In this document: in pieces, positions 1 through 13,725 of the stretch | Position numbering within the stretch: position 1 is the stretch's first letter | How the letters are laid out: each line of letters opens with the position of its first letter | From: the human T2T-CHM13v2.0 reference genome, Homo sapiens | Direction of reading: 5' to 3' | Length of the DNA: 64,000 nucleotides | Assembly: GCA_009914755.4 (NCBI GenBank) | Contig: CP068257.2 | Span: 27,680,001 to 27,744,000, forward strand | Program-made: the position numbers and the translations under genes | The notes under the pieces: generated by a model | Database searches by the model: none | Told to the model about the DNA's origin: nothing | Seen by the model: only the letters and a program-made list of their open reading frames with translations

Positions 1-1526
1 GATAACAATCCTATTCAGAATCAAGTAGCAGCCAAATATGTTAAGCAAATAAAAGACTTCATTGTTTCTTAAGCTCTTTGTAGTAAGAAGGTATAACAGT
101 GGAATCTGTTAGTCTTGTTTTGGTTCTGGAGCTTGGATTTCCTGTGTTCCTTCTCATCTTTGTTCCAGTATTTACTTCCAAGCTCTTCTAAGCTTATGAC
201 CTGGAATTATCAAAGTTGGTTTTCATCATTTGGGAAGTAAAACACCATTTATTTTTGAGCTTTGAGGAGTCTATAACTTTAACAAACTTCCCTAACAGTT
301 CACAGTCTTCTCCTCTAAGCTTAACTTTAGTTTCATAATTTCGAATATGGATTTAGACCCAGCAACTATAACAAAAGGTCCATGACTTAACTATATAGTT
401 TTTAATGTTAGGAAAAGTAAATGAAAAATCTTGCCTGTATGGGACCTCACATGATGTTGTAATAATCATGAGCTGCAAAAATTGTAGTGATTCCCTCCCA
501 CCCCATTTTTAAAAAAGCGGTGGCATCTTTAGTTATATAACAGTTCTAATGTAAATTACCAGGTTATTTACTCCTCTAACAATGTCATCATTTTTGGTGT
601 TGCTGTAAGCTCCTCTGCTACTTACCTTAGTTCAAACTTTTTTTTTTGTTTCCCATTTTCATTCAGCCTTTTCAAAATATATTTGTCAGTGTACCTTATC
701 CAATAATACTTAAGGATTTTCTTAAGGCTGAGAGAAATAACTTTAGAAAATGTGACTATCAAATACAGATGTTTAAACAGTTATGATATTTAAGCCTGTA
801 AACGGTTAAAGAAAATAACAGCTTGGTCATGGAGTTACTCTTCCAGGCTCTCCTGGCAGGTGAGTCGGGTCTTAGGACCTTGGGAAGAATGTTGTCTTAA
901 ATTACTGTCCTGAATTAAGTTTCCACAGACTTTCTGATGTTAAGTTTTTTTCAGAATTACAGAATGATGAAAAGCCATGTCTTTATAATTTTTCTTATGG
1001 GAATCTCCACCTTAAATTTAAAATCATTTTTAAAATAAAGGCCCTTAAAGGAGAGTTAAGGGTGTAGACACAGGATACTGTTGGATCTTTGCCATCCACT
1101 TGAAAAATTGAATGTAAGGTTCACCTAATTTCAGAAGAACACTCAAACTTTGGGTATCTTAGGTGTATTGTAACAGGAACTGACTGGCTTAGGGGAGTTT
1201 GAAGCTTGGGCTTAGGGAGGTTAGCTTTCTTAGCTTAGGGAGCTCAGAAAGATGTCATAGTAGAGGAATTTCCCTGTCTTCTGAGCCATTGAATACCCTG
1301 CCCTGAAATTGAGTGAGGTGAAAGTAATTGACAGGTTGATGAAGGTGATGTTAGGCAGAAACAGTGAGGAGGCAAAGGTGGAAATTCCAAATAGCCACTA
1401 GAAATGCGAGAAGGCAGGTTTTGAGGAATGGACTGGGCTGCAGATCAGGGCACTGCTTTTATAAAAAGGCTGGCACTTGCCCATATGCACCGTTCCTGAT
1501 GTCCACTGGCCACCACTTGTGGCCAA

Positions 1527-1542
1527 CCACACACACACACAC
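1527..1542. repeat. Short (AC)n microsatellite
   Basis: ccacacacacacacacacc. Confidence 0.85.
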
Positions 1543-3764
1543 CCTTGACTAACAGAACTATTTGTGAAATAATTGTTCTCATTAATTGAATATTATGGTT
1601 AAATGAAAATTGACCAGGAAAGTAGTTTTTGTTTGAAGACTTACTTCAAATAAATACCTTTCCAGATGTCCACATTCCTGTGTAAATTGATTATAATGAT
1701 CATTATTATCTTTTTTACTTGAGGCATCATTCTCATTTTGAACATATCTAGGTTATGTTCTTGAAGGGACAGTCTTTTATTTGTGTTTTCTTGGCACTTA
1801 ATGCATCATATGGCCCAGCTAACACTTGTAGGAAGAACATTTGTCATTTTTCAATGAAGATAAAAAATGTATGGTAGCCTTTTTTTAAAAAAAAAAATTT
1901 GAGGTGTTATTTATTGTACCCTTCTACATTGAGAATTAAAACACAACATATAATCTATTGAAACTTGAGGTAGATAAAATTCTAGCTCTTTTTCACACAT
2001 GGAACTTTATACAAAGTTATCTTCTGACTTTCTGTTAGATGAAATATTGTAGACCTGGTTCCATGATCACATGTTCACCTTAGGTTTTTAAGAGTTTTTT
2101 TTCCTTTAAATAAATTATATAATGTGATAAAGCCACAGCATCTTGTTTTCTGTATGATTTTGAAAGCAAAAATGTCAAGTAGTAACTATATCAAAACTTA
2201 AATTATGTGCATTCAGCAGAGAGCAGAAGTTATTTCCAAATTGAGGTGTAGGAAGCTTTAAAATGCTTATTCATCCTTTATCAGCACTAGTGAATGAATT
2301 GGCAATTTCCTAAGGTCAGCAAACTTTTATTTTGAATGATAACAATAGTATTATTTCTAAGAATATAGAAAAATGCAGGCGTAACACAGGAGTCCAAATT
2401 TAGTATTAAGTTAATAGAATTTTAGATTCTGGAAGGCTGGAGTGTTTTTAGGTTTGAGAAATGTTAGAAGGTGCATGATGGATGTTAGAGGACATGAAGG
2501 TGCCGTTCTTGTCTGATGTAGTTGTTACGTAGTTATTGGGTAAAAATGGATTGCTGACCACTTAGATGGTTTCCAGGATTAGGAGAAATGATTTTCAGAA
2601 CACTTCTGTAGTGCCTCATGCTAATGAAAGCAAAAGGCAAGGTGTTTTCATTACTGTAGGTCATATATATTGGCCATGTTTATAGTTGCCAGTCCTTGCT
2701 CTTTTTTGGCCTGTTGTTGCAGGTATGTCTTTGACTTCCAGAGGGATGAGCTGGCCTCTTTTTTGTCCCTCAAGTCTCTGGAAAAGCTGTCCAAGAAATT
2801 TTCTCTGAATGCTTGGCTCAGTGGCATTGTTCCACATATGTTGGAATAGGTGACTAGGCTGTGTTTGGAAGAAGATCTAGATTGGGGTCCCCAACCTCCG
2901 GGTTGCACAGCAGGAGGTGAGTGGCTGTCCAGTGAGCATTACTGCTTGAGCTCCACCTCCTGTCAGATCAGCAGTAGCATTAGATTCTCACAGGAGTGTG
3001 AACCCTATGGTAAACTGTGCATGCAAGGGATATAGGTTGCGCAGTCCTTATGAGACTCTAATGCCTGATGGTCTGAAACAGTTTCATCCTAAAACCATTG
3101 CACCCGCCCATGTGGGGAAAATTTGTCTTCCATGAAACCCATCCCTGGTGCCAAAAAGTTGGAGACTGCTGATCTAGATGATCTCTGTTTTGTTTCTGTA
3201 TTAAAAATAAGAAATTACTAATTCAGCAGCATGTACCTGTGTTGGACCAGGTCCAACAGGTATGCTTGGGTTATGGCAGGGAACAAATCAGACAAAGTTG
3301 TGACATTTAAACAGAGAACTAAAAGGTGAGGCATTAGCTGGCTGAAGAGTAGAAGTCCAGATAGTGGCCACAGTGTATGTGGAGGCCCTGAAATCAGTAG
3401 GAGCTTGGGGCCTGTGGAGCAGGAAGGAAGAGACAGTGAGGCTAGAGAATAGCAAGAAAGGGGGGCAATGGCTTGAGATAAGTCTGGATTAATGGATGGA
3501 AAACCCAACTACATAGGACTTGAGGACGTGTTAAGGATTTTGAAGTGATATGCCATTTATTTGGAAGATGACGTAGGGTTTTTGTTAGGAAGAGAATACA
3601 TTGGAGGGGGTCAAGAGGGGCTTTAGGGGTATAAGGCTTTTGTTAATATTATCACCACTAATAACAGCTAATATTATTTGTTGCTGTAGACCAAGCACTG
3701 TGCTGTGAACCCTTTTCCCACATCATCTCATATAAACTTCAGAACATCTCAGCGAGGTGGTGTT

Positions 3765-3925
3765 TTCTCTACTTTATAGATGAGGGAACCGAGACAGTGA
3801 GGTTAAGCAACTTGGCCAAGGTCATATAGCTAGTAGTGGCAGAGCTGGGATTTGAACCCAGACAGTGTAAGATTGTAAATTCTGAGACTCTAAATCCTGT
3901 GGTGTTTGCCACTGGGCCTGTATTT
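3765..3925 (+). mobile_element. MIR SINE fragment
   Basis: Matches the MIR core (ggttaagcaacttggccaaggtcatatagctagtagtggcagagctgggatttgaacccag). Confidence 0.7.
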
Positions 3926-4924
3926 TTCATTGCGTAGGTGATGCGCCTATGTGGGTCTTGAAATTGAGTGGATCGCAACTGGGATTTAAAAAAAAAATTG
4001 AATGGAGTAGAAAGTATCAGACTACTTGCAAGTAATAAGCATAAATATTGATATGTGAAACTTTATTTTATGTAAGTAAACTTGTACATTTGTGAGCTTG
4101 TGAGCTGTTATAGAAGGTTAAACAGCATTTTTCCAGGCAGGAGCTGATGATGGCTTGGATTAGAGTTGTGCTGATGCCGATGGAGAGAGGTGGACCCCAG
4201 TGCTAAGAGGCAGAGGCAGCAGGACTCAGTAAGAGATTGGATAGAGGTGCCCAGCTGAGGAAGGAATGAGGAGTGAGTCCCAGATTTCTTGTATGAACAG
4301 CATCAGTCATGGTGCATGCTGTGCTCAATCCACTTGAAGGGAGACTGATCCTTCTTAGAGGGGTCCTCCTGGATGGCTGTTTTACTACCTGAATTTCTAG
4401 TTTCTCTCAGCTGCAGCTGACAGGACTTGGGGTTGGCATCTCGCCCAGGGGCAGCAAATCTGTAAGCTAGCTCTCAACCCATGAGATGATGTGTTACTGA
4501 AAACTGCCTAAACAGATGTTGAGCCAATAATTAATTCTCTGGAATTTGAGGTGAGTAGTCAGCCAGCTGGTGGCAGGATGAGAAGCGGTGGGCCACAGAT
4601 GTATGTAGTTGACTACTAGCAGCTCTAGGGTGAAGGTGTAGGAATTATTTGTGTGGAGTCACCTTGAGATTCAAAGAACCTTTAGATTTCCGTTTCTAAG
4701 GCCCAGAGTCATTCTCTTTCTGAAGCTCAGGTCCAATTTTTTTTTTCTTGCTCTCTCTGCGGTCCATATCTGTATTCTCAAGCATAACCTTTTAGTCATA
4801 TCCAGCTCCCCACATTGCTGCAGTGAATCTCCATACTGTGCGTTCAGCTAGTACTAACTGGAGACAGAATGATGGAGTAGTTAAAAAAAATGTCTGGTGG
4901 CAATTCCCCATCTTTGTCTTATTG

Positions 4925-5085
4925 GTCTTTTGATGTTGGCCAAGATACTTCTTACTGAGCCTTGGTTTCCACATCTGTAAAATTGGGATGATAGAGGAGC
5001 ATCACAGGGCTGTTTTGAGGCATAAACGAGAGAAACTCTATCTAGCACTTAGCTCAGTGCCTGGTGAAGAATTACAGCTTAATAA
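4925..5085 (+). mobile_element. MIR SINE 3' fragment
   Basis: Contains ctgagccttggtttccacatctgtaaaattggga...agcacttagctcagtgcctggt, characteristic of the MIR 3' half. Confidence 0.6.
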
Positions 5086-7183
5086 TCTTGCCATTGATAG
5101 TTAACATCTTTAGGATAGTCTCTGGAGAGACTTAAACGTGTTCATTAACAAACATTATGGGAAGGAGCCAGCATAGAGGGAGAGGTTGGATATCTATGAG
5201 ACAGGGTCTTAAGAGAAGGTATTGGATCCCAGAGAAGCAGGCATGGCACGGGATTAAGAGAATACATTACAGATTGTTTTCAACAGAAGAGGGAACCTGA
5301 TGGAGGTGGTAGGAGGACTGTTTTTTCTGAGGTTGGGTCCCAGTCATGGTGATTTGCTAGGAGAGATGCTGATATCAGGAGGAGAAAAGTGGCAAGGTGG
5401 AAAGCTATTATAGAGAACAGGAGACAGGGACATACCAGAAAACTGGTGAACAGTACCAAGAGCCTGCGACTGCACATTGTAAATTTATAATGACACCAGT
5501 CTGTGTATTTCTACAGTGTTTTCTGGCAGTGCTGTGTTCAAAAGAATGATGAGCTATAGAAGTAAGATTAGTATAGTTTTGAAGGGTGTGCATCCTAGAT
5601 ACCAGGAAAGAATAAGGAGGCTGGGAGCGTGGGTACAGGGACATAGTAGGGCAGGTGGTCAGCCATGGAGTCCGGCTTGGTTGGGAGGGCAGTGTGCTCT
5701 GGGCAGGGTATAGTCTTGAAGAAAGAAGAGGGCAGTGGTCTGTGTGTGGTGCCACCCACAAAAGATATATAACTTCTTTGATTGATGGTTTTCCCTGTTA
5801 TTCTTAACACTAATTTCTTGTGTTGATAACTGAAGTATTAAGACTAATTGCTAAAAATAAATTTATATTCTCGTATGGGCCAAAACTGGAGTTAGTTCTA
5901 GTGTTTAATTTTGAAGTTACCAGTGATTTCGTGTGGTATGCTGAATCAGTAAATAAGTTGTGATCCTTAACCTTGGGACTGAACTTCAGTAGTCCTTATT
6001 TCTCCTTTCATTTTTGTTTGGAGTGTGTAGCAAATCTGAAAGCAGTACCATTTACTCATTCACTGACCATTTGAAGGCTTCCCATGTGTCAGGAGAACAG
6101 AAGTGAATGACGCAGGGATGATACCGTGAGGCATCACACGGATAAAGGCCAATAAGCTCCTCACAGTATCATCCTTTCCGGCCGTAGGGTGCTGGAAGAC
6201 AATATTAGAACTTCTCTTTTAACCTGTTACTTTGAACTTCTGTGTTTCTCAGAACATATATATCAGAATAGTAGCACATGTCTGAAAAATATAGATAAGC
6301 ATACACGTATTGGGGGTATTCTTGTTTTTGGCAGTAGTGTGTATGTGATCAAAAAATATTTGGAGGCTATTATATGTTAGTATGTATTTTAAAAAAATAT
6401 AAAATTATAACTTTTTCTTAGCATTTTGAGAAAACCTAGTTTCTGCATGTAATTAATGAGGTAGTTTTACTTGCCTGTATTTGTAGTGTGAAGTAAATCT
6501 TACTGTATAAAAAGACTTACTACCAAGATCTGGCTTGACACATTTCAGTCATTTTCTTCTTGGTGCTGGAGGAACTTTACCTTTTGTAGAACAGTGTCCC
6601 TTGTTATAAAACACTAAATTCACTTGCCATCTATCAGATGTTGAGGAATGGGGTGTGGAGAATGTGGAACAGCACATGCCTGTTTTACTATCAGTCTCAT
6701 CCCAAGGTGTGACCTCTGGGGACCTTCCTTCTTACCTCTCTGGCTGTCTCTCCTGCCTTCTCTCTCTCTCTCAACTGTCTCAAAACAATAGGATTGGGAT
6801 GCCACCAGAAATTCCCTGCTCCCATCTGTTTGCTCAGAGTAGGTGGTTACTCAGTGTGTAATGTCTCACTTTCAGAGAGCCATGAAATCCTTGGTTCAAA
6901 AAGTTCCCTCACACCAAGAATCTTTTCCGTAAAATTAGTTAGAAAAACTGCTATCAAGAACCTATTTTAAATGAAGTATATTGAATAAATGCCTCTAGGT
7001 TGTTCCTCTGGAGGTTTTTTATTTTCATTTTTGTTTTAATGAGTATGTATCTTAGCCTGTATTTGACACTGTCATTTTTTAACAAGATGTTATTTAAGTG
7101 AAATCTTGCATGTGTGTTTGCAGGTTGATGATAATTAGAAGCATGCTTTCCACTGAACTTCCCGACAACATTTGTTATGCAGA

Positions 7184-7417
7184 ATGTCTCTGAGTGAGAA
7201 CTCGGTTTTTGCCTATGAATCTTCTGTGCATAGCACCAATGTTTTACTCAGCCTTAATGACCAGCGGAAGAAAGATGTGCTGTGCGATGTCACCATCTTT
7301 GTGGAGGGACAGCGGTTCCGCGCTCACCGGTCCGTGCTGGCGGCATGCAGCAGTTACTTCCACTCAAGAATCGTAGGCCAGGCTGATGGAGAGCTGAACA
7401 TTACTCTTCCAGAAGAG
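7184..7417 (+). CDS. BACH1: BACH1 coding exon (exon 2): ATG start and N-terminal BTB/POZ domain, 78 codons
   Basis: ATG at 7184 begins [78 protein letters not shown]. The exon ends in phase 0 at 7417, followed by a GTGAGA donor. A candidate acceptor lies at 7121-7123 (tgtttgcag) or at 7181-7182; the exon start in the 5'UTR is uncertain. The six-frame track ORF 7172 begins at a TTG upstream of the real ATG. Confidence 0.93.
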
Positions 7418-7784
7418 GTGAGAGATCCATGTTTTTGGCAATTTTAATCTACTTTTACTTAAGTTTTTTATGGTTCATAATGTTGAAAATAAAGCACAGT
7501 CTCCTTGTCAGGTGGCTATGGAGCATTTCCCAGGTTCTGTGCAACCCCTTTTTTTTTTTTTTTTAGTTTTTTTAATGTAAAATCATTAATTTTGAATGTT
7601 GGTTAACATTACTGAGCAGTTGGATATAACATAACACCCACTGTTATGTTATTTTTGATGAAATGACCAAATCAGGACACGCCCAGTGGATTGTAGGCAA
7701 TTGGAAAAGTCATGGTTTTGAGAGTCTGTGCTGTGTGACATTCTCTTCTAGGGGCCCTTTCCAGTGATCAGCAATTGTAGCTAT

Positions 7785-8146
7785 GTGTGTTAGTCTGTTC
7801 TCGTGGCGCTAATAAAGACATACCTGAAACTGGGTAATTTTTAAAGGAAAGAAGTTTAATCGGCTCACAGTTGCACATGGCTGGGGAGACCTCACAATCA
7901 TGGTGGAAGACGAAGGAAAAGCAAAGGGACTTACGTGGTGGTGGGCAAGAGAGAACTTGTGCAGTGAAGCTCCCCCTTATAAAACCATCACATCTCGTGA
8001 GACTTATTCACTATCACCAGAATAGCACTGGAAAGACCCGCCCCTGTGATTCAGTGACCTCCCATTGGGTCCCTCCCATGACGTGGCAATTGTGGGAGCT
8101 ACAATTCAAGATAAGATTTGGGTGGGGACACAGCCAAACCATATCA
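7785..8146 (-). mobile_element. ERVL-MaLR solo LTR (THE1/MST-like) in intron 2
   Basis: Reverse complement of the MaLR LTR consensus, ending ...gggagctacaattcaagataagatttgggtggggacacagccaaaccatatca. It starts tgtgttagtctgttctcgtggcgctaataaagacatacctgaaactgggtaattt. Confidence 0.75.
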
Positions 8147-9076
8147 CTAGGTTTAGGGTTCTGTAAAACGTCCGTTTTCCCAAGACATCTCCTATGAAAA
8201 GGAGGCACTCCATGAGTGTTCTGTCTCCCCTTCTTTCTTGACTTAGTCTTTATGTATTGATTAGAAAAAATAAACAGTGTTGCGTCATTTTTATATAGCC
8301 TTATTTTTACATACATCTTTTTCTCTGGTCTGTTGTGGAGCTCAGGCTAACAAATATTTGGGTCCTTGTTAATGTCCTGCCTTTCAGAGGAATTCTCTTT
8401 TGGGTGGGGATGTGCTGGCTGTGCTGACTCCTAGCAGCATCCCTTGCTTTAGTTAGTAACTGCTACTAGCAGAGTATCAAGGCTGTGGCATTGGGACACA
8501 AATAGAAGTTAGGAGGAATATGGAGAAAGAATGTAGAAATCATTTGAGTATGACAGGTCTATGTGGGATATTCCCAGTTGGATACGGTTGGATAAACTGT
8601 AAACTAAGTCTACAGTTTAGCTTGTTGCTGTCCATGCCTACTTCTGTGAAACTGCAGCTACGGTTTTGGGAACAGGTTGTCTGTTAGTTTTGTAGCAGAG
8701 GTCAGAGTCAATGGTGCAATATCAAGAAAATGGTAAAAAAGGCCAACCTATGAACTAGCCATTGTTTTAAAAAAAGAACAACACATTTTATAATGGAGAT
8801 GTATTAACTATGGTTCATATTTTCAAATTATTGAATGAGACTTTACAAGTAAAGCAAAGTTTGATTCGTGGATTTAGGAGGAAAGGTATGTGCATACATG
8901 CATGTGTGTATGCATTCATTCATTCTTTCTAATTTAATGTGTAAATCATAAGTTTTCAAATATTTGAAGTGTTTCATTATAGTGACAGTGTCAAAATACC
9001 TTATAACTCACTATCCTAAAGACCTTTTTAGATTATTTTAACATATTTAAAAATTTTAATTGAAATTTTTATCGAG

Positions 9077-9614
9077 TGTATTAGGGTTCTCCAGAGGGAC
9101 AGAACTAATAGGATATATGTATGTATGAAGGGGCGTTTGTTAAGGAGAATTGGCTCACATGTTCACAAGGTGAAGGCCCATTATAGGCCACCTGCAAGCT
9201 GAGGAGGAAGGAAGCTAGTAGTGGCCCAGTCCGAGTCCAAAGGCCTCAAAAGTAGGGAAGCCAACACTGTAGAGCCTTCAGTCTGTGGCCAAAGGCCCAA
9301 GAGCCCTCGGCAAACCGCTGGTGTAAGTCTGAGAGTCCAAAGGCCAAAGAACCTGGCGTCTGATGTCAAGGGCAGGAGGCATCCAGCAGGGGAGAAAGAT
9401 GAAAGCTGGAAGACTCAGCAAGTCACCTATCCCACCTTTTTCCTCCTGTTTTGTTCCAGCCTCGCTGGCAGCTGAGTGGATGGTGCCCACCCATATTGAG
9501 GGTGGGTCTTCCTCTCCCAGTCCACTGACTCAAATGTTAGTCTTCTCTAGCAACGCCCTCACTGACACACCCAGAAACAAGACTTTACAGCCTTCAATCC
9601 AATCAAGTTGACAT
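9077..9614 (+). mobile_element. Ancient LTR-like interspersed repeat (tgtattagggttctccagag...caagttgacat family, probably MaLR-related)
   Basis: Recognisable start and end motifs of a common primate/mammalian LTR-type repeat. The subfamily cannot be named confidently without RepeatMasker. Confidence 0.5.
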
Positions 9615-9878
9615 TTAATATTAACTGTCACACTGATGTTTTCATGTACAGATGTAAGAAACAATGCAGAGTTCCTTTTCACTTTGTCCAGTGTCCGCCA
9701 TTGATAACATTTTGCAAAATTGTAGTATAGTATTACAACCAGGATATTGATACAATCTCCCATAGCGTTCAGATTGCCACAATTTTGCTTGTACTAGCAT
9801 GTGTGTGTGCGGGTTAAGTTCTATATAATTTTATCCCCTGCGAAGGTTTGTGTATCCACCACCATAGTTAAGATAACA

Positions 9879-10160
9879 GCCGGGCCCAGTGGCTCATGCC
9901 TGTAATCCCAGCACTTTGGGAGGGCGAGGCAGGCAGATCACCTGAGGTCAGGAGTTCGAGACCAGCCTGGCCAACATGGTGAAACCACATCTCTACTAAA
10001 AATACAAAAATTAGCCAGGCGTGGTGGCGGGCACCTGTAATCCCAGCTACTCGGGAGACTGAGGCAGGAGAATCACTTGCAGTGAGCCAAGATCGTGCCG
10101 CTGCACTCTAGCCTGGGTGACAGAGAGAGACTCTGCCTCAAAAAAAAAAAAAAAAAAAAA
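9879..10160 (+). mobile_element. Alu (AluS-like) with a 20-nt poly-A tail, intron 2
   Basis: Contains gccgggcccagtggctcatgcctgtaatcccagcactttgggagg...gtgacagagagagactctgcctc(a)20. Confidence 0.95.
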
Positions 10161-10464
10161 GGAACTGAACTTGCCAACACAAAGATCCCTTGTGTTGTCC
10201 TTTTATAACCACAGACATCTCCTGCCTACACTCCATGCCCTCATCCCCTTGCCCCCTTCCTCCGTGCCTAATCCATGGCAACCACTAATCTTTCTTCCTT
10301 TTCTAAAGTTTTGTCATTCTAAAAATGTTATATAAATGGAATTATGCAGTATATTACCTCTTAGGATTGATGTTGTTTGACTTAGCTGAGATTATCCAGC
10401 TTGTGTGTATCAGCAATTTATTCCTTTTTATTGCTGAGTAATATTCTGTAGTATGGATGTACCT

Positions 10465-10491
10465 TGTGTGTGTGTGTGTGTGTGTGTGTGT
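10465..10491. repeat. (TG)n microsatellite
   Basis: gtgtgtgtgtgtgtgtgtgtgtgtgt. Confidence 0.95.
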
Positions 10492-10837
10492 AGCTTTTTA
10501 CCTATTGAAGGAAATCAGGCTAATTCTGGTTTTTGGCTATCACAAATAAAATTGCTGTAAACATTTGTGTACTGGTTTTTGTGTGAACATAAATTTGCAT
10601 TTCTCTGGGATAAAAGACCAGGAGTGCAGTTGCTGGGTTATATGGTAGTTGCATGTTTAGTTTTATAAGAAAGTTTTTTTCAAAGTGTCTGTACCATTTT
10701 ACATTCCCACTAGCAATATGTGAGTGATTTAGTTTATCGGCATTCTCATTAGCATTTGATGGTATCACTGCTTTTTATTGGAGCCTTTAAAAAGCCTAAA
10801 CATGGTTTAGCATGTTTATGTTTTTAAGAAGATCACA

Positions 10838-11200
<363 letters not shown>

Positions 11201-11948
11201 TTAATCCAGGATGATGCCTTCTGTGTACTGGAGTTGGTTCCATTTGCCTCTCACTTTAAGAGGCAGGTTTAATGTAAATGTGCAAGTTTCTACTTAAAAG
11301 TTTTGTTACTTCGAGTCCATGAATTTTTGCTGAAACAGTACCGAGGCATGATTTTTATAACTTCTCTTAGATCACTTTTAAAAATCTGAATCTTTAAAAC
11401 TTTTACTGTTAGGAATTTTTGACAGTAAAGTTAATAGTTACCAGTTAGTATGCATTTACCATGGATCAAGACTTTGTAACTGCTTTACAAATACTGTTTT
11501 ATATCCTTTAAAATTCTGCTTTTGTAGCTTGTAGCAGTTGGAGTTGTTTGGAATACAGTGGCCATGTGGAGCTGGGCTAGCAGTAGACTCACTATGTGTG
11601 GCAGGTAGTGTTCATCCTGCTCTAATTCATAGATGATTTTTTTTTTCACTATCATGGGAAAATTGTGGTAATGTCTTACATCTTTAACTTATGTGAGTAA
11701 ACCATAATTCATGTGCAATTAAGAGAGGACTCTATAAAATAGTGTGTGGTCCCTGTGAAAAGCATGCTTTTCCAGGATCTTTTTCTTTTACATTTCTTAG
11801 AAGAATATGTTTTCTTCAAATTAAAGTACATATTTTATAATTATCACAAATAAGTTACATATCTCTCTATTCCTCTTCTACTTATTTTGTTTTTATGTAC
11901 TAGACAGCTTTCAAATGATGTGTTTGTTTTTATTTTGTGTATCAACAG

Positions 11949-13283
11949 GTGACAGTTAAAGGATTTGAACCTTTAATTCAGTTTGCCTACACTGCTAAAC
12001 TGATTTTAAGTAAAGAGAATGTGGATGAAGTGTGCAAATGTGTGGAGTTTTTAAGTGTACATAATATTGAGGAATCCTGCTTTCAGTTTCTGAAATTTAA
12101 GTTTTTGGACTCCACTGCAGACCAGCAAGAATGCCCAAGAAAAAAATGCTTTTCATCACACTGTCAGAAAACAGACCTTAAACTTTCACTTTTGGACCAG
12201 AGGGATCTAGAAACTGATGAAGTGGAGGAATTTCTGGAAAATAAAAATGTTCAGACTCCTCAGTGTAAACTCCGCAGGTATCAAGGAAATGCAAAAGCCT
12301 CACCTCCTCTACAAGACAGTGCCAGTCAGACATATGAGTCCATGTGCTTAGAGAAGGATGCTGCTCTGGCCTTGCCTTCTTTATGCCCCAAATACAGAAA
12401 ATTCCAAAAAGCATTTGGAACTGACAGAGTCCGTACTGGGGAATCTAGTGTCAAAGACATTCATGCTTCTGTTCAGCCAAATGAAAGGTCTGAAAATGAA
12501 TGCCTGGGAGGAGTCCCGGAGTGTAGAGATTTGCAGGTGATGTTAAAATGTGACGAAAGTAAATTAGCAATGGAACCTGAAGAAACGAAGAAAGATCCTG
12601 CTTCTCAGTGCCCAACTGAAAAATCAGAAGTGACTCCTTTCCCCCACAATTCTTCCATAGACCCTCATGGACTTTATTCTTTGTCTCTTTTACACACATA
12701 TGACCAATATGGTGACTTGAATTTTGCTGGTATGCAAAACACAACAGTGTTAACAGAAAAGCCTTTGTCAGGTACAGACGTCCAAGAAAAAACATTTGGT
12801 GAAAGTCAGGATTTACCTTTGAAATCCGACTTGGGCACCAGGGAAGATAGTAGTGTTGCATCTAGTGATAGGAGTAGTGTGGAGCGAGAAGTGGCAGAAC
12901 ACCTAGCAAAAGGCTTCTGGAGTGACATTTGCAGCACGGACACTCCTTGCCAAATGCAGTTATCACCTGCTGTGGCCAAAGATGGCTCAGAACAGATCTC
13001 ACAGAAACGGTCTGAGTGTCCGTGGTTAGGTATCAGGATTAGTGAGAGCCCAGAACCAGGTCAAAGGACTTTCACAACATTAAGTTCTGTCAACTGCCCT
13101 TTTATAAGTACTCTGAGTACTGAAGGCTGTTCAAGCAATTTGGAAATTGGAAACGATGATTATGTTTCAGAACCCCAGCAAGAACCTTGCCCATATGCTT
13201 GTGTCATTAGCTTGGGAGACGACTCTGAGACGGACACCGAAGGAGACAGTGAATCCTGTTCAGCCAGAGAACAAGAATGTGAG
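11949..13283 (+). CDS. BACH1: BACH1 large coding exon (exon 3, 1335 nt, 445 codons): C-terminal part of the BTB domain plus a long disordered region with CP (Cys-Pro) heme-binding motifs
   Basis: Acceptor AG at 11947-11948 after a pyrimidine-rich tract. Translation VTVKGFEPLIQFAYTAKLILSKENVDEVCKCVEFLSVHNIEESCFQFLKFKF...SAREQECE continues the exon 2 frame. The donor is GTGAGC at 13284. CP dipeptides are visible (ECPRKK, LCPKYR, QCPTEK, ECPWLG, NCPFIS, PCPYAC). Confidence 0.95.
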
Positions 13284-13434
13284 GTGAGCAGGAATATGTT
13301 CTTAATTCATTGTTTTAATAACCATTAATTGGGATTTACTGTGGATCAGCTCCCTTTGCATCATTAGGGATATAATCAGGTTCAGGGAGTGGGGAGGAAA
13401 CTCATACAAAATTAATTGTAAGACTGTGTGATAG

Positions 13435-13725
13435 GGCTGGGCGCAGTGGCCCACAACTGTTAATTCCAGCACTTTGAGAAGCCGAGGTGTGGGTGGATCA
13501 CCTGAAGTCAGAAGTTTGAGATCAGCCTGGCCAACATGGCGAATCTCCGTCTCTACAAAAATTAGCTGGGTGTGGTGGTGGGTGCCTGTAATCCCAGCTA
13601 CTCGAGAGGCTGAGGCAGGAGAAGCGCTTGAATGTGGGAGGCGGAGGTTGCAGTGAGCCAGGTTTGCACCACTGCACTCCAGCCTAGGAGACAGAGCAAG
13701 ACTGTCTCAAAAAATTTTTTAAAAA
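13435..13725 (+). mobile_element. Alu, about 150 bp downstream of the exon 3 donor
   Basis: Contains gggctgggcgcagtggcccacaactgttaattccagcactttgagaag...cagcctaggagacagagcaagactgtctc. Confidence 0.9.

Noticed and set aside
1-7100. Searched for the BACH1 promoter, a CpG island, or the non-coding exon 1
   Set aside because: The region is AT-rich with no CpG-dense segment and no convincing exon. It is most likely intron 1; exon 1 and the promoter lie upstream of the window.
7172-7447. ORF-track ORFs 7172-7447 ([11 protein letters not shown]..., 91 aa) and 7194-7376 suggesting alternative reading frames or longer N-termini
   Set aside because: Both begin at non-ATG codons (TTG at 7172, GTG at 7194) allowed by the ORF finder. 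The biologically sensible start is the ATG at 7184 in a reasonable Kozak-like context. The 7172 ORF also reads through the 7417/7418 splice donor into intron sequence.
12451-12861. 136-aa minus-strand ORF antisense to BACH1 exon 3 (also 12178-12414 minus)
   Set aside because: Overlapping antisense ORFs inside a long, well-constrained coding exon are expected by chance. There is no start context, splice signal or recognisable domain.
11937-13328. 463-aa ORF taken at face value as a single-exon gene
   Set aside because: It is BACH1 exon 3 plus intronic read-through on both sides. The true exon is bounded by the AG at 11947-11948 and the GT at 13284-13285. The first 4 and last 14 residues are intron translation.
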